31,644 bases of DNA from an uncultured virus (IMG/VR IMGVR_UViG_2770939491_000001) (IMGVR_UViG_2770939491_000001); one strand, 5' to 3'. Positions 1 through 8,406 are shown, numbered from the stretch's first letter. A program made the numbers and translations. The notes: generated by a model from the letters alone, not told the origin.

Positions 1-2
1 AC

Positions 3-623
3 ATCGACACCCGATATAACACGGCATGGTCGGCGATCGCCGAGGCCCTGTGTGCCGCAGACGAGCCACCGACCCGGCATGAGCTTGTCCAGGTGGGCTG
101 GCAAGCCATCTACGCCGAGGTCCGCGAAATGCGACACACCTACGGTCAAGACCGCGATGACCCGAACGCGCCCGTGGCGTCGATGCCTCGCGCGCAACAG
201 TTCTGGTTCGTCCATCCGGTCGAACCCGGTCTGTCGTTCATCGAGCGTCTGGCTGCCAAGCAAATCATGGCCACGCTGTCGCCGATTTATCAAGACGCCG
301 TGCTTGCGCTGGCAGTCCATGGAGACTATGACCGGGCGGCGGCATCGCTTGGTCTGAAATACAGCGCGTTCACTGCGCGGATGTCGGTTGCCCGCAAGGC
401 GTTTCGACAGCTTTGGTTCGCGCCAGAACCGGCACCGCCGATCCGTGGAACTGATCGGCGGGTCGGTTCTCGAACCACGGCTTTGCGCACGCATTGCCAT
501 CGCGGACACGAACTAGCTGGCGACAACGTCCGCGAGCGGCGCGGCCGAAAAGAGCGCGTCTGTCGCGCATGCGAGCACGACCGAAGCGTCGCTAAGCGGA
601 CCGCACAGGAGAGGGCAGCTTGA
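3..623 (+). CDS. 5'-truncated phage protein with sigma-70 region-4-like HTH and C-terminal CxxGH...CRxC Zn finger
   Basis: Frame is open from position 3 (IDTRYNTAWSAIAEAL...); contains DAVLALAVHGDYDRAAASLGLKYSAFTARMSVARK and THCHRGH...RVCRAC. Confidence 0.7.
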   Translation: MDTRYNTAWSAIAEALCAADEPPTRHELVQVGWQAIYAEVREMRHTYGQDRDDPNAPVASMPRAQQFWFVHPVEPGLSFIERLAAKQIMATLSPIYQDAVLALAVHGDYDRAAASLGLKYSAFTARMSVARKAFRQLWFAPEPAPPIRGTDRRVGSRTTALRTHCHRGHELAGDNVRERRGRKERVCRACEHDRSVAKRTAQERAA

Positions 624-790
624 TGGGCTGGCGTAAACGGCGTTTCACGATCGAGGAGTTGAAGTTGGCATACGACGTCGGTGCGGCGCATCAGCTGATC
701 CTGGAGCGGATCGGCGAGGACAACGAGACGACGTCGTTCGAGCGCCTGGTGGCGGACCTGCGGGGTTCGGTTCGAAAGGGAGCGGTGTGA
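623..790 (+). CDS. Small hypothetical protein, 55 aa (MGWRKRRFTIEELKLAYDVG...)
   Basis: Not in the ORF track; TGATG overlaps with both neighbours. Confidence 0.7.
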   Translation: MGWRKRRFTIEELKLAYDVGAAHQLILERIGEDNETTSFERLVADLRGSVRKGAV

Positions 791-1353
791 TGGCAAAACC
801 GTTGCTGTACCTCGATGTCGACGGCCCGCTCAACCCGTATGCCGCGAAACCTGAACGCCGCCCAACTGGGTACGACACTCACCGGTTGATGCCTGCGGCG
901 TGGCTCGAGCGGCACCCGAACACACCACCGGACCGGGTGAAGCCGTTGCGGGTGTGGTTGAACCCGGCGCACGGTCCCGCCTTGCTCGCCCTGGCCGACG
1001 TGTTCGAGCTGGTGTGGGCGACGACGTGGGAGCACGAGGCGAACGAGTTCATCGGCCCGTTGATCGGGTTGCCGGAGTTGCCGGTGGTGGAGTGGGCGGA
1101 GGGCCGGCCGAAGGTGAATCGGGCTGGCGTCTACTGGAAGACACCCCAGCTGATCGAGCACGCGGCGGGTCGACCGTTTGCGTGGGTTGATGACGAGATC
1201 GGCCGATACGATCGGGAGTTCGTTTCGACCTATCACGGTCGTGCTGCGCTTCTGCACTACGTTGGCCCTGCGAAGGGGTTGCTCGACGAGGACTTCGCGG
1301 TGCTGCGGGAGTGGGGAAATGGTCAGACCGGCGTGGCAGGATCGGCGGCGTGA
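790..1353 (+). CDS. HAD-superfamily protein (Swiss-Army-knife RNA-repair HAD type)
   Basis: Motifs LYLDVDGPL, LVWATTW and FAWVDDE. Confidence 0.85.
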   Translation: MAKPLLYLDVDGPLNPYAAKPERRPTGYDTHRLMPAAWLERHPNTPPDRVKPLRVWLNPAHGPALLALADVFELVWATTWEHEANEFIGPLIGLPELPVVEWAEGRPKVNRAGVYWKTPQLIEHAAGRPFAWVDDEIGRYDREFVSTYHGRAALLHYVGPAKGLLDEDFAVLREWGNGQTGVAGSAA

Positions 1354-1532
1354 GCGAGTTCGCGCTGAAAGTGGATCTCGGCGACCAGGACGGCGCCGAG
1401 GCTACGGCCGCGGTGGTGGCTGCGTTGCGGGCTGTGGCGGATTCCCTCGACGACCAGCCGTTGACCGACAGCCAGTACCGGCGGGTGCGGAAGCATCAGC
1501 CGCAGCGAATCGAATGGGAGTGGACCCGATGA
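1350..1532 (+). CDS. Small hypothetical protein (MSEFALKVDLGD...)
   Basis: GTGA overlap with the HAD stop. Confidence 0.65.
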   Translation: MSEFALKVDLGDQDGAEATAAVVAALRAVADSLDDQPLTDSQYRRVRKHQPQRIEWEWTR

Positions 1533-1666
1533 CCTGTGATGTTTGCGACGAGCCTGCCAAGGTGCTCGTGGTGCAGCCGGACGAGCCGGGTGGTGTGCCG
1601 CATCCGCTGTGCGCGCTGCATCTTGCACAGTTCGCGCAGGATTTGCTAGCCGCAGAACCCGGTTAG
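1529..1666 (+). CDS. Small Cys/His putative Zn-binding protein (MTCDVC...LCALH)
   Basis: ATGA overlap; CxxC...CxxH. Confidence 0.6.
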   Translation: MTCDVCDEPAKVLVVQPDEPGGVPHPLCALHLAQFAQDLLAAEPG

Positions 1667-1675
1667 TCTGGCCTC

Positions 1676-1855
1676 ATGAGGTTCGAGGTTGGTCAGCGTG
1701 TGCGGTTGCATGCGAATGGTGGGTCGGTGTTCAAGGTGCTCGAGGTGGATTACGAGGGCAACTCGGAGCGGGTGTTGATCGAGTCGGTGGAGGACACACC
1801 GGGCACGTACCCGTGGTCGGCGAGCACGACGTTGATGGTGAACGCCGACGAGTGA
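1676..1855 (+). CDS. Small beta-rich, SH3/KOW-like hypothetical protein (MRFEVGQRVRL...)
   Basis: Translated by hand; FxVGQRV start typical of small barrels; followed by a terminator. Confidence 0.7.
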   Translation: MRFEVGQRVRLHANGGSVFKVLEVDYEGNSERVLIESVEDTPGTYPWSASTTLMVNADE

Positions 1856-1866
1856 TGGTGAACGCC

Positions 1867-1901
1867 GAACGCCCCGGACACGGTTTGTGTCCGGGGCGTT
1901 C
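1867..1901. terminator. Intrinsic, possibly bidirectional terminator hairpin
   Basis: GAACGCCCCGGACAC-ggttt-GTGTCCGGGGCGTTC, perfect 15-bp stem between convergent genes. Confidence 0.85.
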
Positions 1902-1981
1902 GTGATTGGGTAATCGGCCGCACGGCAGGCTTGATACAAGCGTGTGTATTGGCCTTCGAAGTGTAGGTCGTCGGGCTACGG

Positions 1982-2131
1982 TCAGGGTAGCGGCCCCAGG
2001 TAAGGGGCGGGGATGACCGTGTCGCGGTATTCGACGAGCAGCAAGTTCACCCGGATGAGGCGTAGTTGGGTGCGCCAGTCGTTGGGGTCGTGACCGGCTT
2101 CGAGCAGGGCGTCGCGCTCGTAGGAGTCCAT
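1982..2131 (-). CDS. Small hypothetical protein, 49 aa (MDSYERDALLEAGHDPND...)
   Basis: 3' part of ORF 1982..2395; internal ATG avoids overlap with the divergent gene. Confidence 0.5.
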   Translation of the reverse strand: MDSYERDALLEAGHDPNDWRTQLRLIRVNLLLVEYRDTVIPAPYLGPLP

Positions 2132-2215
2132 GCATGGTTGGACGCGGTGACCGCGCTGGGGGTTCCCGGCATTTCGGACCAGTTCCGTTCGATCGGTTCC
2201 CCTACACTGCGAACC

Positions 2216-2512
2216 GTGTCGGATGACCCGATCTCCCAGGAGGACGCCGAGATCATCGCGGCTGTCGTCGACCACATCGACCCCGACACCCCACTCACCG
2301 ACGAACAACTCCAGCAGGTCCTCGCCGTTGAGCTCGACCCACCACCAACGTTGCGGGCGATCCGGACGGTGCTGGCGATCCTGCGGATGCCGCACGTGCA
2401 GTACCGGCCGGGTGAACCATCGGCCGCGGTGCTCGACCGGATGCGCACCATGCTGGAGGACGCCGAGACCAACCCACCACCGCCGGACTATCTAGGCAAC
2501 ATGCCGTACTGA
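2216..2512 (+). CDS. Acidic hypothetical protein (MSDDPISQED...)
   Basis: GTG start within ORF 2066..2512; protein-like composition. Confidence 0.6.
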   Translation: MSDDPISQEDAEIIAAVVDHIDPDTPLTDEQLQQVLAVELDPPPTLRAIRTVLAILRMPHVQYRPGEPSAAVLDRMRTMLEDAETNPPPPDYLGNMPY

Positions 2513-2516
2513 TCCG

Positions 2517-2539
2517 TAGAATATCGAACATGTGTTCGA
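2517..2539 (+). promoter_or_regulatory. -10 element (TAGAAT) overlapping region plus actinobacterial LexA/SOS box TCGAAC-ATGT-GTTCGA
   Basis: Exact match to TCGAAC-N4-GTTCGA at 2524-2539; TAGAAT at 2517-2522. Confidence 0.85.
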
Positions 2540-2799
2540 TGGATTGGCGGCTCGCATCGACCACCGGACTCGACCCCGACCGCCTCTACGCGGTCCGCGG
2601 GGGATGGGCACGCCCCTCCCCCGTCGCCTGCCCCGCCGGACACCCCCTCGGGCCTGGTCAAGTCCTCGTCGGCACCCTCGCCTGCCTCGCCACCCCCGAC
2701 GGGCTCCACCGCACCTGGGCATGCCGCAGTTGCGACACCGTCATCTACTGGCCACCCATCACCGACAAGTGCGACCACAACCGGACGGCGTGGAGCTAA
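2530..2799 (+). CDS. Small Cys/His-rich putative Zn-binding protein, likely SOS-induced (start 2530 leaderless or 2539)
   Basis: CPAGH...C...HRTWACRSC; directly under the SOS box. Confidence 0.75.
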   Translation: MCSMDWRLASTTGLDPDRLYAVRGGWARPSPVACPAGHPLGPGQVLVGTLACLATPDGLHRTWACRSCDTVIYWPPITDKCDHNRTAWS

Positions 2800-3263
2800 C
2801 TCCGTTCGGCGCCGACCGGCCACACCACATCAACCGGGACACCATGCTGACGCGCGAGCTCGACTACCGTTCCAGTGCCAGCACGCTGACCGTCTTGGCC
2901 GTCCCACACCGCGATCAACCTGTCCGCGTCCAGCAGTGCCGCGTTCGCCGCCTCATAGGCTTCTTTTCCAGCGGTGTCGAAGTCCATCACCCGGACCACG
3001 TCAGCGCGGGCGATAAGGGCGTCGAACTGTTCGAGATGATCTGGTTTGACCTTCGCCTCGCGGTAGTCGCGCGACGGCAGCACCACCTCGAGCTGACCGC
3101 CCGCGGCCAAGACAGCTTCGGCGAACACGCTGTCGGCGCCGCGGGCGATGCAGGACACGCCGACCAGGTCGGGTGTGCCGGCGATCAGGTTCGTGATCGC
3201 TTCCCGCACCAGTTCTGCGGTGTCGGAGGTGATGTTCATGTGTCCGGTGACGCTGATCCTCAT
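2796..3263 (-). CDS. SLOG-superfamily (YspA/DUF1273-like) nucleotide-binding protein
   Basis: ISVTGH, SCIARGAD, YEAAN, LIAVWDG...GTGTVV motifs. Confidence 0.85.
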   Translation of the reverse strand: MRISVTGHMNITSDTAELVREAITNLIAGTPDLVGVSCIARGADSVFAEAVLAAGGQLEVVLPSRDYREAKVKPDHLEQFDALIARADVVRVMDFDTAGKEAYEAANAALLDADRLIAVWDGQDGQRAGTGTVVELARQHGVPVDVVWPVGAERS

Positions 3264-3270
3264 CAGCTCA

Positions 3271-4683
3271 TCATGCCGGGGACAGCGTCAGCGGGTGCAG
3301 CATGTCCCGCAGCTCGACGACTGGTCGGCTGTCGCCGCACTCGGCTGCCCGCTGGTACACCTCGGAGACCTTGGCCTGCACACGATGCGAGCTGGTTTTG
3401 CCGACGTCCTGGATCGCGACTTCACCGAGTCGGCGGGCTTCCCCGTATTCGCCTTGGATGAGGCGCGCTTCGGCAATACCGAGCCGGTCGAGCGCGCTTG
3501 AACGCCACCGTTCGGGTCGACGCAGCGCGATCGCCGAGGTGATGGCTTCGGCGGCCTCGTCCGCGAAGTCGGCTTCCTTGCGGGCCAGTTCGAGCAGCCG
3601 CCCGCCGAGGGTGCCGGACAGTTCGGCGGCGTCGAAGTAGTGCAGCCAGTACGGGTCGTCGTCCGGGCGCGCCTTGGCGAACGCGGCGTGAGCGTTGTCG
3701 GCGGCGCGATGAAACGCAGCGGGACGGCCGAGCTTTGCGTACGCCCACGCTTCCCGCGTGTACAGCAGCGCGCGCGTGGTCGGGGTAATCGACCGACCGA
3801 CGACGTCCTGTGCGAGGCGGACGAGTTCGAGTGCGTCGTTGGCACGGGCGTGCGTGTAGGCGATCCGATCGACGCCGTCGCCCTCGGGTTCGAGGGTGAG
3901 CATTTGGCGGGCGAGGCCGGCGAGCCCATTGGCGAACAGTGCAGGGTCTCCGGCCTCGCGCGCGGATCGGATGGACAGCATGTAGTAGCCCTGCGCGGTG
4001 TGCTGGTCGCCGGAGTCCCACGACATGGTGGCCGCGGTCTCGGCGAGCAGGGCACGGATGTGGCCGAGCCGTTGGCGGGTCGCTGGACTGGTGGCCGCAG
4101 TGACCATGTCGTTGACCTCGGAGAGTTGTCCGACGACAGCTTTGCGGCGCAGGCCGCCACCGAATTTGTCGTCCCATTCCCGGAATAGGCGGGCGGCGTG
4201 TTCGAGTTCGTCGAGTTCCTGTGTGCCGGTGCCGGTGATGACCGGCGCGGGCGTGGCGGTGTCGCGTTGTTGGCGAAGCCACCGTTCCAGTGGTTCGAGG
4301 AGGTACGTGCCGACGACTACCCCGAACAGGGTGGTGGCGGCTTCGCGGCGATCCACGAGAAGGTCCTTCCGTGCGAGGTCGTCGGTGACGTCCTCGCAGG
4401 TTGACTTCCAGATGGCCGGGTCGTCGTCGAGTTCGAGGGCGCCGGGCGCGACAGCCCGCTTGGTCTGCAGTCGATGGAATTGTGCGCGCTGGGCTGGTGT
4501 TGCCGCAGCGAGCACGCTGTTGAGGCGTTCGGCGTATTCGGGGAGCAGCGTGATCGTTTCTCCGCGTGTGCACCACTTCTTGATGGTGTTGATGTGGATT
4601 CCGGCGCGCACAGAGAACCGGTTGTGTGACAGCCGCAGGGCATCACGCAGGTCCTTCGCGTCTGCTCCCGTCCAGACATTCAT
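3271..4683 (-). CDS. XRE-HTH transcriptional regulator with helical TPR-like C-terminus (actinobacterial NsdA-like architecture)
   Basis: N-terminal WTGADAKDLRDALRLS...GIHINTIKKW; DDKFGGG, AQGYY...AREAGD, PYWLHYFDAAEL. Confidence 0.8.
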   Translation of the reverse strand: MNVWTGADAKDLRDALRLSHNRFSVRAGIHINTIKKWCTRGETITLLPEYAERLNSVLAAATPAQRAQFHRLQTKRAVAPGALELDDDPAIWKSTCEDVTDDLARKDLLVDRREAATTLFGVVVGTYLLEPLERWLRQQRDTATPAPVITGTGTQELDELEHAARLFREWDDKFGGGLRRKAVVGQLSEVNDMVTAATSPATRQRLGHIRALLAETAATMSWDSGDQHTAQGYYMLSIRSAREAGDPALFANGLAGLARQMLTLEPEGDGVDRIAYTHARANDALELVRLAQDVVGRSITPTTRALLYTREAWAYAKLGRPAAFHRAADNAHAAFAKARPDDDPYWLHYFDAAELSGTLGGRLLELARKEADFADEAAEAITSAIALRRPERWRSSALDRLGIAEARLIQGEYGEARRLGEVAIQDVGKTSSHRVQAKVSEVYQRAAECGDSRPVVELRDMLHPLTLSPA

Positions 4684-4714
4684 AGTCGTCTCCTGGGCCG
4701 GTTGTAAGTGGTGG

Positions 4715-4762
4715 TGTACCAGCGTGTACCGAGCATGTACCGGAACAGGTTCCGCGTGTACT
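4715..4762. repeat. Phased TGTAC(C/T) direct repeats, probable operator
   Basis: Copies at 4715, 4725, 4736 and 4757 in the divergent intergenic region. Confidence 0.65.
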
Positions 4763-4884
4763 TACGTGGTCTTCCGGGGGAACTGGTGGCACGCCAAGGT
4801 TGGAAATGCAGGCGACGTCAGTTCGACCTTCATCACTGACGTCGCCAGCTTTCCAATCTGCTACCTCTCACTCTAGGTGGTCCA

Positions 4885-5112
4885 ATGCTGACCGGCCGCA
4901 CCATATTTCGAACAAGTAGTGATCAGACGCTGCTGATTTGCACTGTCGACCCCGGCCCGTTGTCCGTCGAGCAGGCGCATCGTGCGATGCAGGTTCATCT
5001 GGAGTGTGATGTGCTCACGTGCCGTTGCCGCCGCCGTGCCCGCGCAACGTTGGTTGAGCTGAAACGGATGGTGCTCGACGACCGCGCCGTCCGCGTGGAG
5101 CTGCGGCGATGA
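4885..5112 (+). CDS. Small His/Cys protein (AHRAMQVHLEC...CRCRRRA)
   Basis: First gene of a coupled operon divergent from the XRE gene. Confidence 0.7.
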   Translation: MLTGRTIFRTSSDQTLLICTVDPGPLSVEQAHRAMQVHLECDVLTCRCRRRARATLVELKRMVLDDRAVRVELRR

Positions 5113-5339
5113 CGTTGACCCGTTGCCAGGACTGGATCCTGCAGAGCCTGTGCTCTGTGGCTCGACGGGCGCCTGTCACTGCCGCCGACCTCGCCGACCA
5201 GCTGCAGAACCAGGCACACACCACAGAAACCTATCTGCGGCAGCTCGAGGACATGGGTTTGGTTCGGTCGCACCAGGTTTCAGGTGAGGTCGGTTGGCGC
5301 CCGTCCGGTGACGGGCTGATGGTCGGGACAGTGCTGTGA
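5109..5339 (+). CDS. Small winged-helix DNA-binding protein
   Basis: VTAADLADQL...TETYLRQLEDMGLVRS; ATGA overlap. Confidence 0.75.
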   Translation: MTLTRCQDWILQSLCSVARRAPVTAADLADQLQNQAHTTETYLRQLEDMGLVRSHQVSGEVGWRPSGDGLMVGTVL

Positions 5340-5710
5340 GCGACGCGATCGTGCTCGAAGGCATCGCGATCGGGTACCTCCGCACCGATGTGTCCGGTGA
5401 TTCTTTCGACCTGCACAAGGCGGCGATCGAGCACCTGGCCAAACGGTGGGGATACGACGTGAAGGAAATCGTCCTCGCCGACGAACACACCCCCGAACCC
5501 ATCGAGTACCTGAAAGCCATCGCCCGCGTCTCCAAGGCAGATGCTGTGTTCACCCTGTCGGCCCGTCATTTCGACGGTTGCACCGTCCCCGCTGACTTGA
5601 TCGCGGTCTGTGACGTCGTCACGGTCGCGGACAAACAAACGTTCGCGCGACAAATCCCGTCGCCGTTCGAATTCCGAAGCGTTACCCCACCCAACAAGGA
5701 GACGAAGTGA
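5336..5710 (+). CDS. Serine-recombinase/resolvase catalytic-domain-like protein, no DNA-binding domain
   Basis: AIGYLRTDVS start resembles resolvase GYxRVS; only 124 aa. Confidence 0.55.
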   Translation: MSDAIVLEGIAIGYLRTDVSGDSFDLHKAAIEHLAKRWGYDVKEIVLADEHTPEPIEYLKAIARVSKADAVFTLSARHFDGCTVPADLIAVCDVVTVADKQTFARQIPSPFEFRSVTPPNKETK

Positions 5711-5844
5711 CAAAGCCCCTCGCGCAGCGCGGCAACTCGAACGCCAGCGGCGGCGCCCAGTTTGAGGGTTTCGAAGGTTTGTACGGCACAAGCCCCCGCG
5801 AAAGCGCGCAGCACTCCGTATTCAACTCGGGCGACGCACAGTAG
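5707..5844 (+). CDS. 45-aa peptide (MTKPLAQRGNSNASGGAQFEGFEGLYG...)
   Basis: AAGGAG RBS, GTGA overlap, followed by a terminator; not in the ORF track. Confidence 0.55.
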   Translation: MTKPLAQRGNSNASGGAQFEGFEGLYGTSPRESAQHSVFNSGDAQ

Positions 5845-5896
5845 CCCACCTCGACTCCCCCGACGCTTCCGTCACACGAATGCCGGGGTGATGGTG

Positions 5897-5935
5897 ACCC
5901 CCGAGACCCTTCCACCACACCCGGGTCTCGGGGGT
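5897..5935 (+). terminator. Terminator-like hairpin
   Basis: ACCCCCGAGACCC ... GGGTCTCGGGGGT, 13-bp stem. Confidence 0.65.
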
Positions 5936-6024
5936 TGCTGCCTCTATCCCCCAAACACAATCCCGGTGGATACGATGATCCAAGCACGAACCGACCTCGC
6001 CACCACTCGCGAAAGGTTCACACC

Positions 6025-6522
6025 GTGGGCGAAGACCGACCCTACTCAGAAATCGAACTGCGCCGCCTGGCGAAACAGCAGCGGTCGCCGGAGTTCCGGG
6101 CGTGGCTGGACCGCGAAGCCGACGACCTGGCGCAACTCCTCGTCGAGATCCCTGCGCTGCGCGACCTCGACGACCCCTGGACCGTCGCCGGGTTCGACGC
6201 GATCGAGAACGCTGCAATGCAACGCCTACCCAACCCCGGCCCGACCGTCACCGACGAGGAGATGGACTACCTCGCGTTGTGCGCCCGCGGGATCGGCCAC
6301 ATCTTCCTCCGCCGCATGGGTGTCGGCAAGTGGGTGTGGGTCAACCTCTACGAAGGCCTACCAACCGGGCCCGCGATCGAATTCCCAGGTCACTCATTCT
6401 GGACCGATCCAGGCCAGTCGATCCGCAACGTGGTGTTCGACCGGAAACCCGGGGTCTTGGCGACTGAACTCGAAGGTCTCGCCGCCTGGTCCCGCGAGGC
6501 ACCGAAGTACTCGCTGGGGTAA
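6025..6522 (+). CDS. Putative immunity protein for the downstream nuclease
   Basis: GAAAGG RBS + GTG; pattern PWTVAGFDAIE...ARGIGHIFLRRMGVGKW resembles helical toxin-immunity proteins; adjacent to the toxin-like gene. Confidence 0.55.
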   Translation: MGEDRPYSEIELRRLAKQQRSPEFRAWLDREADDLAQLLVEIPALRDLDDPWTVAGFDAIENAAMQRLPNPGPTVTDEEMDYLALCARGIGHIFLRRMGVGKWVWVNLYEGLPTGPAIEFPGHSFWTDPGQSIRNVVFDRKPGVLATELEGLAAWSREAPKYSLG

Positions 6523-6552
6523 CCAGAGGATCCTTTCTCGTTGGGGTCGGCG

Positions 6553-8391
6553 ATGACCGGCCCCGCGGAGAACGACGACCACGGTGACGTTGTCCCACGG
6601 ACCGATCGTGGGCTGACCGAGGCCGGCGATGCGGGCCACAACGCATACGTGCAAGCCAAGCTCGCGGAGGCAGCCACCCAGCTCGACAAGATCCGTGGGC
6701 CGTTGGACTGGCAACGTCAGGTGGAGTTGTGGGGAGACCGGAAACTCCTCCACGACATGATGATGCACGGCTACCAAGAGCTCCATGGCCGCACCCCCGA
6801 ACTCGGGTGGGTACACGAACACCCAGCGACAACGTCGCTCGGCGCCAGACGCCACGACGCCGCGCAAGTCGTCGAACGCGCAGGGATACCCGTCGTCCAG
6901 AAGACCACCGAGTTCAAAGCTGGTTGGGCAAGCAAAAAGGAAGGGCTCGAGCAGCTCAAAAAGGAACGTGAGCTGCTTCGCACAGACCCCAACCGGAAGC
7001 TCAGCGAGTACATCATCCGGGCGGCGCACCCGCCACACCCGGAGGTCGTCAAAGAAGCTCGGCAGCTGGCTCAAGACTTCCCTGGCCGGTTTGTCCATAT
7101 CGAGCTGAACGAGCGCGAGTTCGAGCGTGCGGTGGAAGCTGGCCGTCCGATTGTTGAGAAGCAGCTGATGCACAAGCTCGGCCATTTGGTCGAGAAGCTC
7201 CGCAACGCCCCGGAATTGAAGACAGCGCCGCGCGCGCTCGAGGGATTCGTCCGGGAGATCGAGATGGCGAAGGAGCGAGGCGACCCGATCGGCCTGGAAG
7301 TCCTTGCGGGCGCACAGATCGAGCTGGCGTCGCTGATCGAGGTCGACAAGCAGATCACCCGTGAGCAGGACAAGATCGCCCGCGAAGCCGCCAAGCTGCG
7401 GCTGAAAGAGGCGCAAATCGTCGAGCGGGTCCAAGCCCAGCAACGCGCGGAGCGTGAGCAGCAGTTGCTGAAGCTCCTCGAAAAGGTCGACCGGGAGGTC
7501 GTGATCGCCGCGGTGAAGGAAGCCCGCACCTTGGCGGCGCCGGCGAAGGGTTTGGATCTGGCTGTGGAGCCGGGGATGGATCCGGAGCTGGCGGCGATGA
7601 TGCAGCAGATGCACGGTGTGATCGCGAGCCAGGGGTTGGAGGCGAGGCAGAGTGAAATGCTGGAGTATCTGCCGATGCCCACACCCCGGCACCGTGAGCT
7701 TGCCGGGTTGGTGCTGGCTCAGCAGGCCGAACAGCCGGGTAAGCCGGTGACGGAGGCTGTTGCGGCAGCTGAGGAGAAGCTGAAGGAACGCGAGGCGAAG
7801 GAGCTTGAGCAGGCGAAAGCTGTTGAGGCGCAGCAGGTTCGGGAGCGTGAGAATCGTGAGTTGATGGAGCGGATAGTCGATGCCCACAACAAACGGTTGG
7901 AGCAAGCCGCACGGGATCAAGGGCAGCGTGTCACCCATGATCGGATGGATGACGCAGCGTGGAAAGACAGGGTGCCCAAGATTGCGGAGTCGCTGAAAAT
8001 GGATCCGCAGCGCCTATTGGAACGGGGTGTCGACCCGCAGGTCGTTGACGCGATCGCCCGCGGAGCTTTCCGGACCGACGATAAGGCCCGTGCGGTCGTC
8101 GTCGAGATCAACGGTGCCGAAAGGTGGGTCGCCAACGACAGCAAAGAGATCGCGATAGCGACCCAAATTCAGCAGGTTCAGGCCGGAATGAACTTGGGAG
8201 AGGTTCATGTCCGCGCACTGGCTGATGCTGGTGGTGGCCGTGGCGCGGTGGCGCTTTCGCGGGAGAAGCTGCAGAAGCAGAGGGAAGAAGCGGAACGGCG
8301 AAGGGTACGGGAAGCCGAACAGGTTCCAGAACGAACCCGGTCTGAAAGAGGGGACCGAGGGACCGAGCGAGGAATTGAACGAGGGCGGTAA
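6553..8391 (+). CDS. Putative toxin/effector: N-terminal restriction-endonuclease-fold (PD-(D/E)xK) domain, coiled-coil body, charged C-terminal tail
   Basis: RRHDAA...TTEFKAG...EQLKKE motif; E/Q/A/R-rich helical stretches; ends RTRSERGDRGTERGIERGR. Confidence 0.65.
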   Translation: MTGPAENDDHGDVVPRTDRGLTEAGDAGHNAYVQAKLAEAATQLDKIRGPLDWQRQVELWGDRKLLHDMMMHGYQELHGRTPELGWVHEHPATTSLGARRHDAAQVVERAGIPVVQKTTEFKAGWASKKEGLEQLKKERELLRTDPNRKLSEYIIRAAHPPHPEVVKEARQLAQDFPGRFVHIELNEREFERAVEAGRPIVEKQLMHKLGHLVEKLRNAPELKTAPRALEGFVREIEMAKERGDPIGLEVLAGAQIELASLIEVDKQITREQDKIAREAAKLRLKEAQIVERVQAQQRAEREQQLLKLLEKVDREVVIAAVKEARTLAAPAKGLDLAVEPGMDPELAAMMQQMHGVIASQGLEARQSEMLEYLPMPTPRHRELAGLVLAQQAEQPGKPVTEAVAAAEEKLKEREAKELEQAKAVEAQQVRERENRELMERIVDAHNKRLEQAARDQGQRVTHDRMDDAAWKDRVPKIAESLKMDPQRLLERGVDPQVVDAIARGAFRTDDKARAVVVEINGAERWVANDSKEIAIATQIQQVQAGMNLGEVHVRALADAGGGRGAVALSREKLQKQREEAERRRVREAEQVPERTRSERGDRGTERGIERGR

Positions 8392-8406
8392 GTTGTCTGC
8401 CCGGCA

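Noticed and set aside
3022..3034. TCGAAC-T-GTTCGA as a third SOS box
   Set aside because: Spacer is 1 nt rather than 4, and it lies inside a CDS
5336..5710. Resolvase-like ORF as the element's integrase
   Set aside because: Too short; lacks recombinase and DNA-binding domains, and the catalytic motif is degenerate
6394..7938. 514-aa antisense ORF, and similar long shadow ORFs such as 3422..4576 and 2532..3461
   Set aside because: Typical stop-poor alternative frames of high-GC genes, with no motifs
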